Assembly (NCBI GenBank): GCA_964549615.1
Contig: CAZJVP010000020.1
Coordinates: 192,001-256,000, forward strand
Length of the DNA: 64,000 bases
Reading direction: 5' to 3'
Source: an uncultured Thermococci archaeon
Lineage (GTDB): Archaea; CAYQAE01; CAYVLA01
The notes below the pieces were generated by a model. It saw only the letters and a list, made by a program, of their open reading frames with translations. It did not search any database and had not been told where the DNA came from. Both the position numbers and the translations under genes were made by a program. This document shows, in pieces, positions 1-10,381 of the stretch. Numbering within the stretch: the first letter of the stretch is position 1; each line of letters opens with the position of its first letter.

Positions 1-561
1 CCCAAGTTCCAGAAGATCCGGATGCTGGACCATTTTCTCTCCGCCTTCGATGCAAAGCCCGAGAGGATCGAGCAGAATTTCTGGCCCGAGACCTATCCCG
101 ACTCGCAGACCCTGATCCTAGACTACTCGGGCGCCCTCAAGGTAGGGATGACCGAGATCTCCCACCTCGTTCACCCGATCTACATATTCGTGCTCAAGGA
201 CGGGAAGATCACGGACTACTACGAGGGGATCGCGGACTACTTCCCAGAGAGGGAATGGCGAGAGTTCGGAGGGGACACGGTGAAGCCTGTGAGGGATCCC
301 AGGACTTCCGGCAGCGTGGAGTTTGGGCTGGACGAGAACAGGACAAAGTATGTGTCCTTGGGGGAGAAAAGGCTCATGCCGGAGCTGCACTCCGTTTACG
401 AACTCCCTCCATACGGCGAGCTGACGTTCACAAACGTCAAGAAGGACCAGAGGCTCACCGTCATGACCTTCGTCTCAGGCAGGGCCTTGGGCTTTGTCTC
501 CCAGAGGGAGATGATACGCGTTTACCTCAACGGCAAGCTTGAGATGATCCAGATCAACTAG
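1..561 (+). CDS. Hypothetical protein, 5'-partial (frame open from window start)
   Basis: The frame of ORF 22..561 has no stop back to base 1. Codon usage is gene-like (GC3-rich). No recognisable motif. Confidence 0.7.
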   Translation, partial: PKFQKIRMLDHFLSAFDAKPERIEQNFWPETYPDSQTLILDYSGALKVGMTEISHLVHPIYIFVLKDGKITDYYEGIADYFPEREWREFGGDTVKPVRDPRTSGSVEFGLDENRTKYVSLGEKRLMPELHSVYELPPYGELTFTNVKKDQRLTVMTFVSGRALGFVSQREMIRVYLNGKLEMIQIN

Positions 562-638
562 GCGCGAAACGGCAACCCGCTCCGGCTTTGCAAGCTTCTC
601 GGCAATGCCGCTAGATCCGCCTGCTGGTTGGTTCGTCG

Positions 639-1859
639 CTAGCGCGCTCGGGTGGTGCCGATCTCGCGATACAACTTCCTTTGCACCATGAGGGCCCAGA
701 CCACGACTCCACACGCCATTAGGGCGCCGGAAACGGCCAACCATTCGCTCACGTAGATCCACTGAAGGGCCCGATCTTTCAGCCTCAGGGCCTTGGACTC
801 CAAGTCCCTGATGGCTTTCAGAAGGGAGGCGAAATGGTCCAAGACCTCCTGATAGTTCTGCTCCAGGTACAATGCGTTGGCCTTCTCCCTCTCGCCTTCG
901 ACCAAGGACATCCCTTCTTCTATCGCAACCGAGCTTGCGCCGAACTTCTCGATGAACCCCATCATGTCACGCAGCAGGGCGACACGCTGAGCGTATTCGG
1001 AGAAGTAGTTCCTGATCAAGTGCATGATCTCCGGGTCGCTCGGCACGTCCGCGCCGCATGAGTAATACTCCAGGTTCAGAACGAAATCGTGCCAGTATCC
1101 CCATTCCTTCACCCACCTTTCGGAGTAATGGCCGTGAAGATCGCACGCGAAGATCACCGACGCGCCCTGGCCAAGGTCCCAGTACGCCAGGGCAGGATGC
1201 CCACTCTTCCCATCATCTGCAAGAAGGGTTGCTCCTTCTTTCTTCGTGAGCTTGTTCAGCGCGAGCAGCGGGGGCGCGGTCTTCCAAGGCAACGACCGCA
1301 TCAGGGGATCATCTTCTTCCAGGACCCTGACCATGATAGGACCCTCGACGAACTGGTTGGTGTGCACATAGACGGGAAGGACCTCCTGCTCGATCCTAGT
1401 CCCTTTCCATTCGCCCTTTTGGGCGCTCGCCCCGCCGAAACCTCTGTGGCCATTCGTCATCAGCAGGCCCAGACCCTGTTCGGTCACGGCGCGCGTGAAG
1501 TCGTTCTGCCACCTTGGGGTGATCATGGCGGCGTCGACGCCCGCCAGATGGACGAGGTCTTTGTTTGCGACAAGGTCGTCATAGCTCTTGGGCATGTACA
1601 GTCGCATGTACCTGGCGTTCTCCTCGTCCGTGTACCAGACCGTGATGATCGGGACCAGTGTGGCATCTATCTTGGGGTCGAGGAGGAGTATTCTACCGGG
1701 CGACGTCCCCCAGAAAGCGGTGCCTATGAAGAGGATCCTGAGCCTACCCGTGGCAGGGTCCTGTCGTGGCGTCCTGCCCGCACAGAAGGGAGAGCAGAAG
1801 AACAAAAGGAGGCAGACCGAAGCAACGAACCTGCGGTTTGACGAGCAGGGCCGGCTCAT
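639..1859 (-). CDS. Membrane-anchored secreted protein with a class I glutamine amidotransferase-like (DUF1355/ThuA-like) domain and C-terminal helical stalk plus TM anchor
   Basis: N-terminal hydrophobic signal (RRFVASVCLLLFFC); motifs GLGLLMTNG..GFGG, VLPV, P.LAYWDLGQG.SV.F; C-terminal TM helix followed by a basic tail. ATG 1859 preferred because the longer start overlaps cysS. Confidence 0.7.
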   Translation of the reverse strand: MSRPCSSNRRFVASVCLLLFFCSPFCAGRTPRQDPATGRLRILFIGTAFWGTSPGRILLLDPKIDATLVPIITVWYTDEENARYMRLYMPKSYDDLVANKDLVHLAGVDAAMITPRWQNDFTRAVTEQGLGLLMTNGHRGFGGASAQKGEWKGTRIEQEVLPVYVHTNQFVEGPIMVRVLEEDDPLMRSLPWKTAPPLLALNKLTKKEGATLLADDGKSGHPALAYWDLGQGASVIFACDLHGHYSERWVKEWGYWHDFVLNLEYYSCGADVPSDPEIMHLIRNYFSEYAQRVALLRDMMGFIEKFGASSVAIEEGMSLVEGEREKANALYLEQNYQEVLDHFASLLKAIRDLESKALRLKDRALQWIYVSEWLAVSGALMACGVVVWALMVQRKLYREIGTTRAR

Positions 1860-1879
1860 GGCTCCCGCATCCCGTTGCG

Positions 1880-3292
1880 TCAGTTGCACGTCCTCCATTT
1901 CGTGCCCCACTCGGTGTCCTCCAGGATCACTCCTTCATCGCGCAGCCTAGCACGAATTCTGTCGGCGGCCTCCCAGTTCTTCGACGCCCTCGCGGCCTCG
2001 CGTTCCCGGATCATCTCGGCCTGCCGGGGCGTCAGCGCTGCAGGTCTTGGGAACTGGAGGCCAAGTACCGCTGCGAACGACTCGAAGGCCTCCCTTGCTG
2101 CCTCCAGAACCGCGCGGTTCCTAGCCACAAGCAGGTACCGGTTCAGGCCCTTCGCGAGCTCGTGGAATGCCCCCAGCGCGAGCGGGCTGTTGAAGTCGTC
2201 ATCCATGGCCGCATCGAACCGTTGCCTGGCCTCCTGGATTTCCTTCAGGGCCGGCCGATCGAACGCGGTGCTTCGATCGTCCGATGTCTGTAAAGCGAAA
2301 AGCACGTTCTCGTAGGCATTCCTCAGCCTCTCGTAGTTGCTCCTCGCGTTCTCGGCGAACTCCTTGGTGTAGTCAAGGATCTTGCGGTAATGGGCGGAGG
2401 CGAACATGTACCTCACGACGCTGCTGGGATAGTCCTTTAGCACATCGTCCAGGGTGATGTAGTTCCCCAGGGACTTGCTCATCTTTTCACCGCCGACCGT
2501 GAGGTGTTCGCCGTGGACCCAGTATCTGACGAACTTCTTGCCCGTGTAGCATTCCGACTGCGCGATCTCGTTCTCGTGGTGGGGGAAGATCAGGTCGACG
2601 CCTCCGGTGTGTATGTCGATGGTGGGCCCGAGGTACTTCAGGGACAGAGCCGAGCACTCTATGTGCCAGCCGGGCCTCACCTTTCCCCATTTCGATTCGA
2701 AGAATATCCCCCTCGCAACCTCGGAGTCGGTCGATTTCTTTAGGAGCGCGAAGTCCTGCGGACTGTCCTTGCTGTACTCATCGACATCCACCCTCGCACC
2801 TGGCCTGATCCCAGCCAGATCGATCCGGGATAGCCTCCCGTAGCCGGGGAACGCAGATACGTCGAAGTACACGCTTCCGTCCCGCTCGTACGCGAACCCC
2901 TTCTTCTCCAGATTTTCAACGATCTCCAACATGAAATCGACGTTCTCCGTCGCACGCGGGTAGGCGTGAGCGGGTAGCACGTTCAGCTTGCGAAGCCCGT
3001 CGAAGAATATCTCCTCGTACTTGCGCGTGTAATCCTTAAGAGGGACACCGAGCTCGCCCGACCTCTTTATGGTCTTGTCGTCGATGTCGGTTATGTTCAT
3101 CACCTGCTTGACAGCGTACCCCCGGTACTCCAAGTAGCGGCGCACATTGTCGCTCATCACAAAGCTTCTATAGTTGCCGAGATGGGGCACATCGTAAACG
3201 GTGGGGCCGCAGCAATACATCCCGACGCGGCCTTCGTGCAGAGGGACGAAATCCTCCTTCTTCCTCGATTCCGTGTTGAAGATCCTGAGCAC
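1880..3292 (-). CDS. cysS: Cysteinyl-tRNA synthetase
   Basis: MYCCGPTVYD..HLGN (HIGH), NITDIDDK, PGWHIECS, DLIFPHHENE, KMSKSLGN, C-terminal ADRIR..L...GVILED. GTG 3292 is the likely start (ORF track 3319). Confidence 0.97.
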   Translation of the reverse strand: MLRIFNTESRKKEDFVPLHEGRVGMYCCGPTVYDVPHLGNYRSFVMSDNVRRYLEYRGYAVKQVMNITDIDDKTIKRSGELGVPLKDYTRKYEEIFFDGLRKLNVLPAHAYPRATENVDFMLEIVENLEKKGFAYERDGSVYFDVSAFPGYGRLSRIDLAGIRPGARVDVDEYSKDSPQDFALLKKSTDSEVARGIFFESKWGKVRPGWHIECSALSLKYLGPTIDIHTGGVDLIFPHHENEIAQSECYTGKKFVRYWVHGEHLTVGGEKMSKSLGNYITLDDVLKDYPSSVVRYMFASAHYRKILDYTKEFAENARSNYERLRNAYENVLFALQTSDDRSTAFDRPALKEIQEARQRFDAAMDDDFNSPLALGAFHELAKGLNRYLLVARNRAVLEAAREAFESFAAVLGLQFPRPAALTPRQAEMIREREAARASKNWEAADRIRARLRDEGVILEDTEWGTKWRTCN

Positions 3293-3979
3293 TAACACCC
3301 GCGCATCCCAAACGCACATTAAACTTTATGCGCAGATGATGGCAATTCACGGGATGTGATCCGGTTCCAACACGTGGCGGTCGGGGTCCGGATCATTCTT
3401 CTCTGGCCTCGACACGCCTGCCCGGATACGATGCTGCATATGGCAAACCCAAGCAGGCTAACGTTGACCGGGTTTTGGATTGCGAAGGTTGGAACCCGCT
3501 CACGTACGGGCTGGTCGCCCGTAGCATAAGCCAAGGTCCGGCGCCGACAATTCTCTGGATCCCGGGTAACAAGGGCCCGTTGATGTTGATTCTGCCCCTC
3601 TGTAGGCCTGGCGGCGAGAGGAAAGGAGCGATTGACGTGTTCGGGCATCCTAGCCTGTTAGGGCGCACGACCGGCGCAGCGGACTGCGACACCGTGGTGA
3701 CGAGCAAAGCGAAGCCGAAGGAGCTCAAGAGGATCGTATGGTACAACACTGTACAGCCGCACGCCCTTGCAGCCCACAATGACGACGTAATGCAATGCTG
3801 TGGCTTGACAAGCGCACTGGGAACAGTTCCGCGCTCAGACCTGGTTCCACCTCCTGTTCTTTCTCGGGGTCTGCGCAGCATTTTCACCTTGTCCCGAACC
3901 ACTTGAGGAAGAAGGAAAAGCAGCCGACCCTGCAGTTGGCTACGTCAGCTTTTTCAGGTTCCGGGCCTACCCAGCGCCG

Positions 3980-6775
3980 TTGTCCTTTTCCCTCAAGTTC
4001 GGCGCTGAGAACCTTGTAAAGAATAAGGGAAGGTCCCTCGCGGCGCTGGCCGGAAGCCTCCTAGCCGTAACTCTGATTGCAGGTGCCAACATTTCGGTCG
4101 ATGTTGCAACGAACAAGATCCTGCTCTTTGCCCTTGAGGACACACCGATCGACATGGTGGTCGGCTTCGCGGGCTCCAAAGAGCCCCATGACCTGTCCGG
4201 CACCCTCGAGGCCCTTTCTGGAATCGACGTGGCCGAGCCCGTCCTTTTGGCCAGACCCGTGATCATGGTAAACATGAGCGGAACCGTATCCCACAGCTCG
4301 GTCCGGCTCTTGGGCGTGAACCCAAGCTTCGGTCGCGTTGCTGACAGGCTCCTTGTCGATGTTCCGGAGTTCGACCTTGGGCCAGACGAGATGGTCGCCA
4401 CAAAAGGATTCCTGAGCATTCTAAGGAGCTTCGGGTTGATGGTTGGCCCGGGGGACAACCTGACACTGTACCTTCATAGACGCCCGGACGGGGCGACCGA
4501 ACCCGAATGGATGGCCCAGAACTTCCTGATTAAGGCCGCGGTCGAGCCTCGGGAGCAACGCTGGGGGAGCAGCTTCGGTGGGACGTACCTCTCCGACTGC
4601 GTTTTCATCAACAAGTCGCGAGCACGGGAGCTCATGGATGAGTTTGAGGCGAGCTTCTTCAACATCTTCCCTCCCACCGGCCCAGGGGTTCTGGACCGTG
4701 GCATCTTCACCATGCCTTCGGCCGCGGTCTATCTCGTCCTGCTGGACCGCCAGCAGATCGTCATTAAGACCGACGCCGAGGCCACCCGGAAGAACATCGA
4801 GTTTGTCGCAAACGACGTAGAGCTTGCCCTTGCAGACAATAACCCGTACGTGGAGACGCCGATCGTAAACGCGATCGATAGATATGCCGCCCAGCTTGAG
4901 CAGAGCAGGGCAGTCTTCCTCGTGGCGTCTCTGCCCGTCATAGCGCTCGGCATCTACCTAGCCATGATCGGCATCGATGTGGGATTCGGACGCAGAAGGG
5001 CCGAGATAGCCCTGCTTAAGTCGAGAGGGGCAAGCAAGAGGCAGATCTCGCTGCTTCTCTTCGCGGAGTCATCGATCTTGGGCGTCCTCGCCGGGGTGGT
5101 TGGCCTTCTGCTGGGGGCCCTCATCACCGGGTTCATCATCTTCCCCCTGCCCCAGAAGGCGATTTCACTGAGCTTGTCCGACATTACCCTGTTGGGCATC
5201 TCGCCGCTCACCATCTTGGTCTGCGTCATCCTTGGAGTTGCGATGATGGTGCTCGCCTCGCACAGGCCCATCAGGAGGATCAACCAGATCGACGTGATCG
5301 AGGCGCTGGGCAAGTACTCCGCAAGCTACGAGACGGAGGAGTACCGCAAAAAGACGGATATCATCCTCGTCCTCTTCCCCACGGCCGTCTACGGTGCGAT
5401 CCTGACGCTTCAGGGCGAGATAGGCAGGGGGCCGAGCCTCTTGCTTTTCCTGCTCTACATATTCCTGGCCATCGGCACCCTGACCCTTCCATTTACACCT
5501 TTCATGCTAATCCTCGGCGCTACCCGCATGCTCACGAGAGGAACAAATAGGACGTACGAACTAGTTTCCCGGGCGTTCAAGCCCCTCGTCGGGGCAATGC
5601 ATCCCCTCGTCGCCAAGAACCTTTCGCGGAATCCAAGGCGAACCTCCCGGGTCGCGGTGCTCATTGCACTCTCGTTGTCCTTCGGCACCTTCATCATGGT
5701 CTTCAGCTCGACCGAGCAAAGGCTCCAGGAATCCACCATCCTCTTCGAGGTGGGCTCGGATATCAAGATCACGAGCTCCCTGTCGCTTGATCACAGGTTA
5801 TTGCGAAGCATCGATGGGGTGGAGCTGACCAGCGAGATCTTCCAGGCCTCGGGACAAAGCCGGCTGGGAACCATCGCCGTCTACGCCCTCGACCCGCGCG
5901 ATTATGCTTCTTGCGTCCGGGAAAACTCGCTCTTCACGAGAAAGCTGGCCCACCTGCTCGACGAGTTGTCCACCGAGAGAGCCGGCGCACTGGTCCTCAA
6001 GACGAGGCGCGAGACCGAATGGAAGGAGGGCCAGGCGATATCCGTGCCGGTCGCAGCGGGCGGTGAGTCCAAGCAGGTCGACTTCCGGGTCCTCGGGTTC
6101 TTCGACTATGCACCGGGCGTGGAACAGACCCTGCACAAGGGACCTTGGGATGCACCTGCCTTGCTGGTGAGGACGGACTACCTGGCGGAAGAGCTTCCGA
6201 ACCTTCAGATCAGCGGCCAGTCAGCCATCCTGATCAAGAAGGCCAAGGACGCCAACTCATCCGCAATCGTCGACGCCATTCTCAAGTCCAACCCGGAGCT
6301 TGCGTCCTGGAACGTGAGAAGCGCGGAACAGATGCTCGCCGAGCGCGAGAGAGAACCGATGGTCACGGCGGTCTTCTCCTTCATGAAGCTCGAGTTCATC
6401 TTCACGATGGTCATGTCCACCTTCGGGTTGGGCCTGGTGATGTATATGGCCGCGACCGAGAGGCAGAACGAGGTGGCGGGACTGATGTCCCGCGGCGTGG
6501 CGAGCCGGCAGGTGATGAAGATCCTCGCTGCCGAAGCGTTCTCGATAGTGATCATAGGTTTTGCGATCGGAATTCCCGTCGGCGGGCTCGTCGTCTACGT
6601 CCTTCGAACGGTCATGAACAGGGCCATGGGAATCTCCATACCGGTGCCCTTCGTATTCCCAGGCGCCCTCTTCATCCTGCTCGGGTTGACGGCCGCGGCG
6701 CTCGGAGCGGCCTCACTCTTTAGCGCCATAAGGATCAGCCGAATAAAGCCAAGCGACGTACTGAGGGTGAGGTGA
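3980..6775 (+). CDS. FtsX/MacB-family ABC transporter permease (two FtsX domains)
   Basis: Two copies of the R..E.ALLKSRGAS..QI / ER.NEVAGLMSRG..SRQV motif, multiple TM segments, large extracytoplasmic loops; directly upstream of an ABC ATPase. Confidence 0.9.
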   Translation: MSFSLKFGAENLVKNKGRSLAALAGSLLAVTLIAGANISVDVATNKILLFALEDTPIDMVVGFAGSKEPHDLSGTLEALSGIDVAEPVLLARPVIMVNMSGTVSHSSVRLLGVNPSFGRVADRLLVDVPEFDLGPDEMVATKGFLSILRSFGLMVGPGDNLTLYLHRRPDGATEPEWMAQNFLIKAAVEPREQRWGSSFGGTYLSDCVFINKSRARELMDEFEASFFNIFPPTGPGVLDRGIFTMPSAAVYLVLLDRQQIVIKTDAEATRKNIEFVANDVELALADNNPYVETPIVNAIDRYAAQLEQSRAVFLVASLPVIALGIYLAMIGIDVGFGRRRAEIALLKSRGASKRQISLLLFAESSILGVLAGVVGLLLGALITGFIIFPLPQKAISLSLSDITLLGISPLTILVCVILGVAMMVLASHRPIRRINQIDVIEALGKYSASYETEEYRKKTDIILVLFPTAVYGAILTLQGEIGRGPSLLLFLLYIFLAIGTLTLPFTPFMLILGATRMLTRGTNRTYELVSRAFKPLVGAMHPLVAKNLSRNPRRTSRVAVLIALSLSFGTFIMVFSSTEQRLQESTILFEVGSDIKITSSLSLDHRLLRSIDGVELTSEIFQASGQSRLGTIAVYALDPRDYASCVRENSLFTRKLAHLLDELSTERAGALVLKTRRETEWKEGQAISVPVAAGGESKQVDFRVLGFFDYAPGVEQTLHKGPWDAPALLVRTDYLAEELPNLQISGQSAILIKKAKDANSSAIVDAILKSNPELASWNVRSAEQMLAEREREPMVTAVFSFMKLEFIFTMVMSTFGLGLVMYMAATERQNEVAGLMSRGVASRQVMKILAAEAFSIVIIGFAIGIPVGGLVVYVLRTVMNRAMGISIPVPFVFPGALFILLGLTAAALGAASLFSAIRISRIKPSDVLRVR

Positions 6776-6779
6776 GATC

Positions 6780-7595
6780 TTGTCCGCAAGGGGAGCGAAG
6801 ATCGTAGTCAAGGATCTGATGAAGGTCTACAAGACCGGGAAGTTGGAGGTCATCGCCCTGAGGGGCGTGAACATGGAGGTCCGTGACGGGGAGGTCCTAG
6901 CCGTGATGGGCCCATCTGGCTGCGGAAAGACGACCCTTTTGAACCTGATTGGCGGGCTCGACAGGCCCACGGCAGGCAGCATATGGGTGGACGGCACCCT
7001 CATCTCCGATCTGAGCGAGGACGAGCTCGTTCAGTACCGACGCGAGAAGGTCGGATTCGTCTTCCAGTTCTTCAACCTTGTCTCGTCCCTCACGGCCGAG
7101 GAGAACGTTGAGCTGCCAATGAGAACCGCCGGCAAACCGGCCCAATACCGAGACAGGAGGGTGAAAGAGCTACTGGAGGCGGTCGGGATGTCCGGGCGCA
7201 AGGACCACAAACCGGACGAACTCTCCGGCGGCGAGCAGCAGAGGGTGGCGATAGCGTGCGCGTTGGCGAACGACCCACCGATACTATTGGCGGACGAACC
7301 CACGGGCGAGCTGGACACCAAGACGGGATCGGAGATACTGGACCTATTCAAGACGCTGAAGGAGCAGTACGGAAAGACCGAGATCATCGTGACTCACGAC
7401 AGGCGTGTCGGCAGAATTGCTGATCGCGCCCTCAGGATCGAGGATGGATTGATAGTGGGTGAGGAGAGGCTCGATGCCTTGGCCTACAGGGGGAGGGAGG
7501 AGCTCGAGATGGAAAATGCCCGACTGCGCGAGCGTCTGGAATCGCTTTCCCGGATCCTCGGCAAAGCGGCTGAGGAATTAGGGAAAGGCCGCTAG
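6780..7595 (+). CDS. ABC transporter ATP-binding protein (LolD/MacB type)
   Basis: Walker A GPSGCGKT, Q-loop GFVFQFFNL, signature LSGGEQQRV, Walker B ILLADEPTGELD, H-loop VTHD. Confidence 0.96.
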   Translation: MSARGAKIVVKDLMKVYKTGKLEVIALRGVNMEVRDGEVLAVMGPSGCGKTTLLNLIGGLDRPTAGSIWVDGTLISDLSEDELVQYRREKVGFVFQFFNLVSSLTAEENVELPMRTAGKPAQYRDRRVKELLEAVGMSGRKDHKPDELSGGEQQRVAIACALANDPPILLADEPTGELDTKTGSEILDLFKTLKEQYGKTEIIVTHDRRVGRIADRALRIEDGLIVGEERLDALAYRGREELEMENARLRERLESLSRILGKAAEELGKGR

Positions 7596-7604
7596 ACCAT
7601 CCCC

Positions 7605-9263
7605 TTATTCCCAATCGTCTAGAACCGACGCACTGGCAACCGTCCTGACCAGCTCCGCCCCTTGGGGCAGGCCTCGGGGCCTGTAGTAAAGATCGTCCAT
7701 TCTCCTGATGAGCTCCTGGACGGAGGCAGACTTGACGAGAACGCGGATGCATCCCCCGAACCCTGCCCCGGTCAGTCCCGCGCCCAAGACGCCGGGGACC
7801 GATCTCGCTATCTCGACCATCTCGTCCAACTCGGGCGAGCTGCACCCGAAGCCGCCGGGCTGCAGGTGGAGAGCCGAGGCCGCGACCCTTTCTGGGTTCC
7901 CGCTCGCTGCATCGGCGATCAGCTTGTCCAGAAGCGCGTCTGACACCTCGTTGTTCCACCTGACCCACGCCCTCTTGGACGAATCGTAGCAGATCACCCT
8001 ATCCCCGTCGTGTTCCCGGTACATCAGCCTGCCGAGCTCTTCCATGTCGCCCGATCTGAGGATCTGCGGAAAGATTCTTCCGCGCTCGCACTCGGCTACA
8101 CCGAACATGGCGACGGCCCTGATCCGATAGCCCTCCTTGGGCTCCCCATGCGTGCGAAAGATCCGTTCCAGCTCGTCGCGGCTGTCTCGCAGTCTGTCCT
8201 TGATCTGCTGACGGGACGCTCGTTCGGGCAGGGCACGGAGGATGCGATAGATATCAGGAAGACTCAGCCGGATGGGATTTATGTCCCTCAGATGCTTGGT
8301 TCCCTCGACCAGGCTAGCCGGCAGGCCGAGGTCGCGCATCGCCTGCTTGGCAAGCATCAGAACCATGCTGTACGCCGCTATGGTCTGGTTGTAGGCATCC
8401 AGGACCGCCCCCGCCTTGTGCGCCTTCTTCATCGAGTCGCATATGACTATCGAGTACCCGTCCGGAATCGGAAGATACTCCTCAACCTGGAAGGGGAAGA
8501 ACCTGAGGTGGCAGATGGTCCCACGCCTGCAGAATAGCATTGCAGCGTGATCGCCCGCCCCGCCCCGGGTGCCTACGTACCATTCTGCCTCCCCACACAG
8601 GACCGCCAGCTCAGCACGATCCAACTTCAGCTGGTTCAAGGCCAAGGTCGCCAGCGCCGAGGAGACCACCATCGCGGAGGACGAGCTCAGGCCCGACGAC
8701 CTTGGTATGTTGCCGAAGAACATCAAGTCCATCCCGCACAATGCGGTATCCTTGAACCGGGCCTGCAACCTCAATACCGCCGCCTTCACATAGTTCGACC
8801 AGTCTCCCCGCGACTGCGACACCCTCTTGGCAACGCCCGGGGACTCTATGAACCGAACCCAATCCGACTCGTCCCCCTCGGAGAGCTCTTCAGCGATGGA
8901 AAACCTTCTCTCCGGGAAATCCCCGGACCTAACATCGCTCATGCGCACAAGGTCGCCCTCTGATCGGGCTCCGGCAAGCAGTATCTCCCTCGCATGCGTG
9001 ACGTAGTTCACACAGCCCCCCCTGTGCTCGACGTGCATCCCCATCAGGTTCACGCGGCACGGACATCTCACGAGGACGACCTGCCTGTCCCCTCCGTATC
9101 TTGCGGCGAAAGACCTAAGCAGGCTTGACATCGCGGCCTTCCTCTCAGCGACGAGCGTGAGATCGCCTCCGTAGATCTCTCGGAGAAGCCGATCCTTCTG
9201 GCCGCTCTCAAGAACCTTGATCCATTCGAATACAGGGCTCATGGCCCCTCTATCCATGCTCAT
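7605..9263 (-). CDS. GHMP-family sugar kinase, galactokinase-like
   Basis: PCRVNLMG.H, WSNYVK, IPRSSGLSSSSA (GHMP motif), GAGLTGAGFGGC. Confidence 0.88.
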   Translation of the reverse strand: MSMDRGAMSPVFEWIKVLESGQKDRLLREIYGGDLTLVAERKAAMSSLLRSFAARYGGDRQVVLVRCPCRVNLMGMHVEHRGGCVNYVTHAREILLAGARSEGDLVRMSDVRSGDFPERRFSIAEELSEGDESDWVRFIESPGVAKRVSQSRGDWSNYVKAAVLRLQARFKDTALCGMDLMFFGNIPRSSGLSSSSAMVVSSALATLALNQLKLDRAELAVLCGEAEWYVGTRGGAGDHAAMLFCRRGTICHLRFFPFQVEEYLPIPDGYSIVICDSMKKAHKAGAVLDAYNQTIAAYSMVLMLAKQAMRDLGLPASLVEGTKHLRDINPIRLSLPDIYRILRALPERASRQQIKDRLRDSRDELERIFRTHGEPKEGYRIRAVAMFGVAECERGRIFPQILRSGDMEELGRLMYREHDGDRVICYDSSKRAWVRWNNEVSDALLDKLIADAASGNPERVAASALHLQPGGFGCSSPELDEMVEIARSVPGVLGAGLTGAGFGGCIRVLVKSASVQELIRRMDDLYYRPRGLPQGAELVRTVASASVLDDWE

Positions 9264-9393
9264 GCACCGACCGTCCGGATCCAGACGCTAGGGCGCCAGA
9301 CGACGTCAGGCTTGACGCCCTTCGTATATATCTCCTACGCGGTTCGTGCCGGCACCGTGAGGCACGTATCTAGCTAGCCTTGGTCGTGGAAGA

Positions 9394-9400
9394 TTTAAGA
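9394..9400 (+). promoter_or_regulatory. Putative archaeal TATA box for mch
   Basis: TTTAAGA preceded by purines, about 28 nt upstream of ATG 9428 (leaderless-type spacing). Confidence 0.5.
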
Positions 9401-9427
9401 GATGCTAGCTTCGGATCGTCGCCTGAG

Positions 9428-10381
9428 ATGCCAGCCATCAGCATCAACCGGCTTTCCATGAGGACCGTCCAGACCCTCATCGACTCCCCCGAGATGTTCA
9501 ATGTCCAGATCACAAGACTATCGGACGGGTCGACCGTCATAGACGCCGGGATCGAAGCGGAGGGAGGCTACGAAGCCGGAAGGCTTGTGAGCGAGATCTG
9601 CATGGGGGGACTGGGTTCGGTTCAATTTTCCTTCACTGGGCCGATTGCCATCGAGTGCCCCTGGGTGGTCGTCTTCACCGATCATCCTCTCCTGTCCTGC
9701 ATGCTGTCGCAGATGGCCGGATGGTCGATCCGGACGAAGGGCTTCAGGGCGATGGGATCGGGGCCAGCAAGGGCTCTGGCCCAGGCGGAGGAGATCTACA
9801 GGCAATACCCCTACACAGACGGTCACTCCGAGGCCGTCATAGTCCTGGAGACATCCACCAAACCAGGGGAAACCGCCTCCGCTTGGATATCCGAGAGGTG
9901 CGGAGTAAGTCCCAAGAACCTCTACATGGTTGGGGCGCGAACCGCCAGCCTTGCGGGAACGGTGCAGGTATGCGCCCGAGTGGTCGAGACGGGAATGCAC
10001 AAGATGCACACCCTCGGAATCGATCTCGCGGGCATCCTAGCTGGACGGGGGACATGCCCGGTCCCACCCATCCTCCGGGACGACCTTGTCATGATGGGCC
10101 GGACCAACGATGCGATCCTTTACGGCGGCCGGGCAGACTACATCTTCGCTGACGCCTCCCGGTCACTTGCGCACCTGCAGTCCCTGCCGTCCTCGTCATC
10201 CTCTGACTACGGCAGACCTTTCGTCGAACTGCTCAAAGCTGCAGGATCAGATTTCTACAAGATCGATCCAGCGCTGTTCAGCCCGGCCGTCATGGGCATG
10301 GAGAACATGAAGTCTGGAAAATGCCTAAGCGCCGGAAGAATGGACATCGAGGTCCTCAAGAGGTCCTTCGGGCTGCCCTAG
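9428..10381 (+). CDS. mch: Methenyltetrahydromethanopterin cyclohydrolase
   Basis: IDAGIEAEGG.EAG....EICMGGLG, SQMAGW, AMGSGPARALA, TASLAGTVQV.ARVVETGMHK, MGRTNDAILYGG, PSSSS.DYGRPF, DFYKID..LFSPA. Confidence 0.95.
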   Translation: MPAISINRLSMRTVQTLIDSPEMFNVQITRLSDGSTVIDAGIEAEGGYEAGRLVSEICMGGLGSVQFSFTGPIAIECPWVVVFTDHPLLSCMLSQMAGWSIRTKGFRAMGSGPARALAQAEEIYRQYPYTDGHSEAVIVLETSTKPGETASAWISERCGVSPKNLYMVGARTASLAGTVQVCARVVETGMHKMHTLGIDLAGILAGRGTCPVPPILRDDLVMMGRTNDAILYGGRADYIFADASRSLAHLQSLPSSSSSDYGRPFVELLKAAGSDFYKIDPALFSPAVMGMENMKSGKCLSAGRMDIEVLKRSFGLP

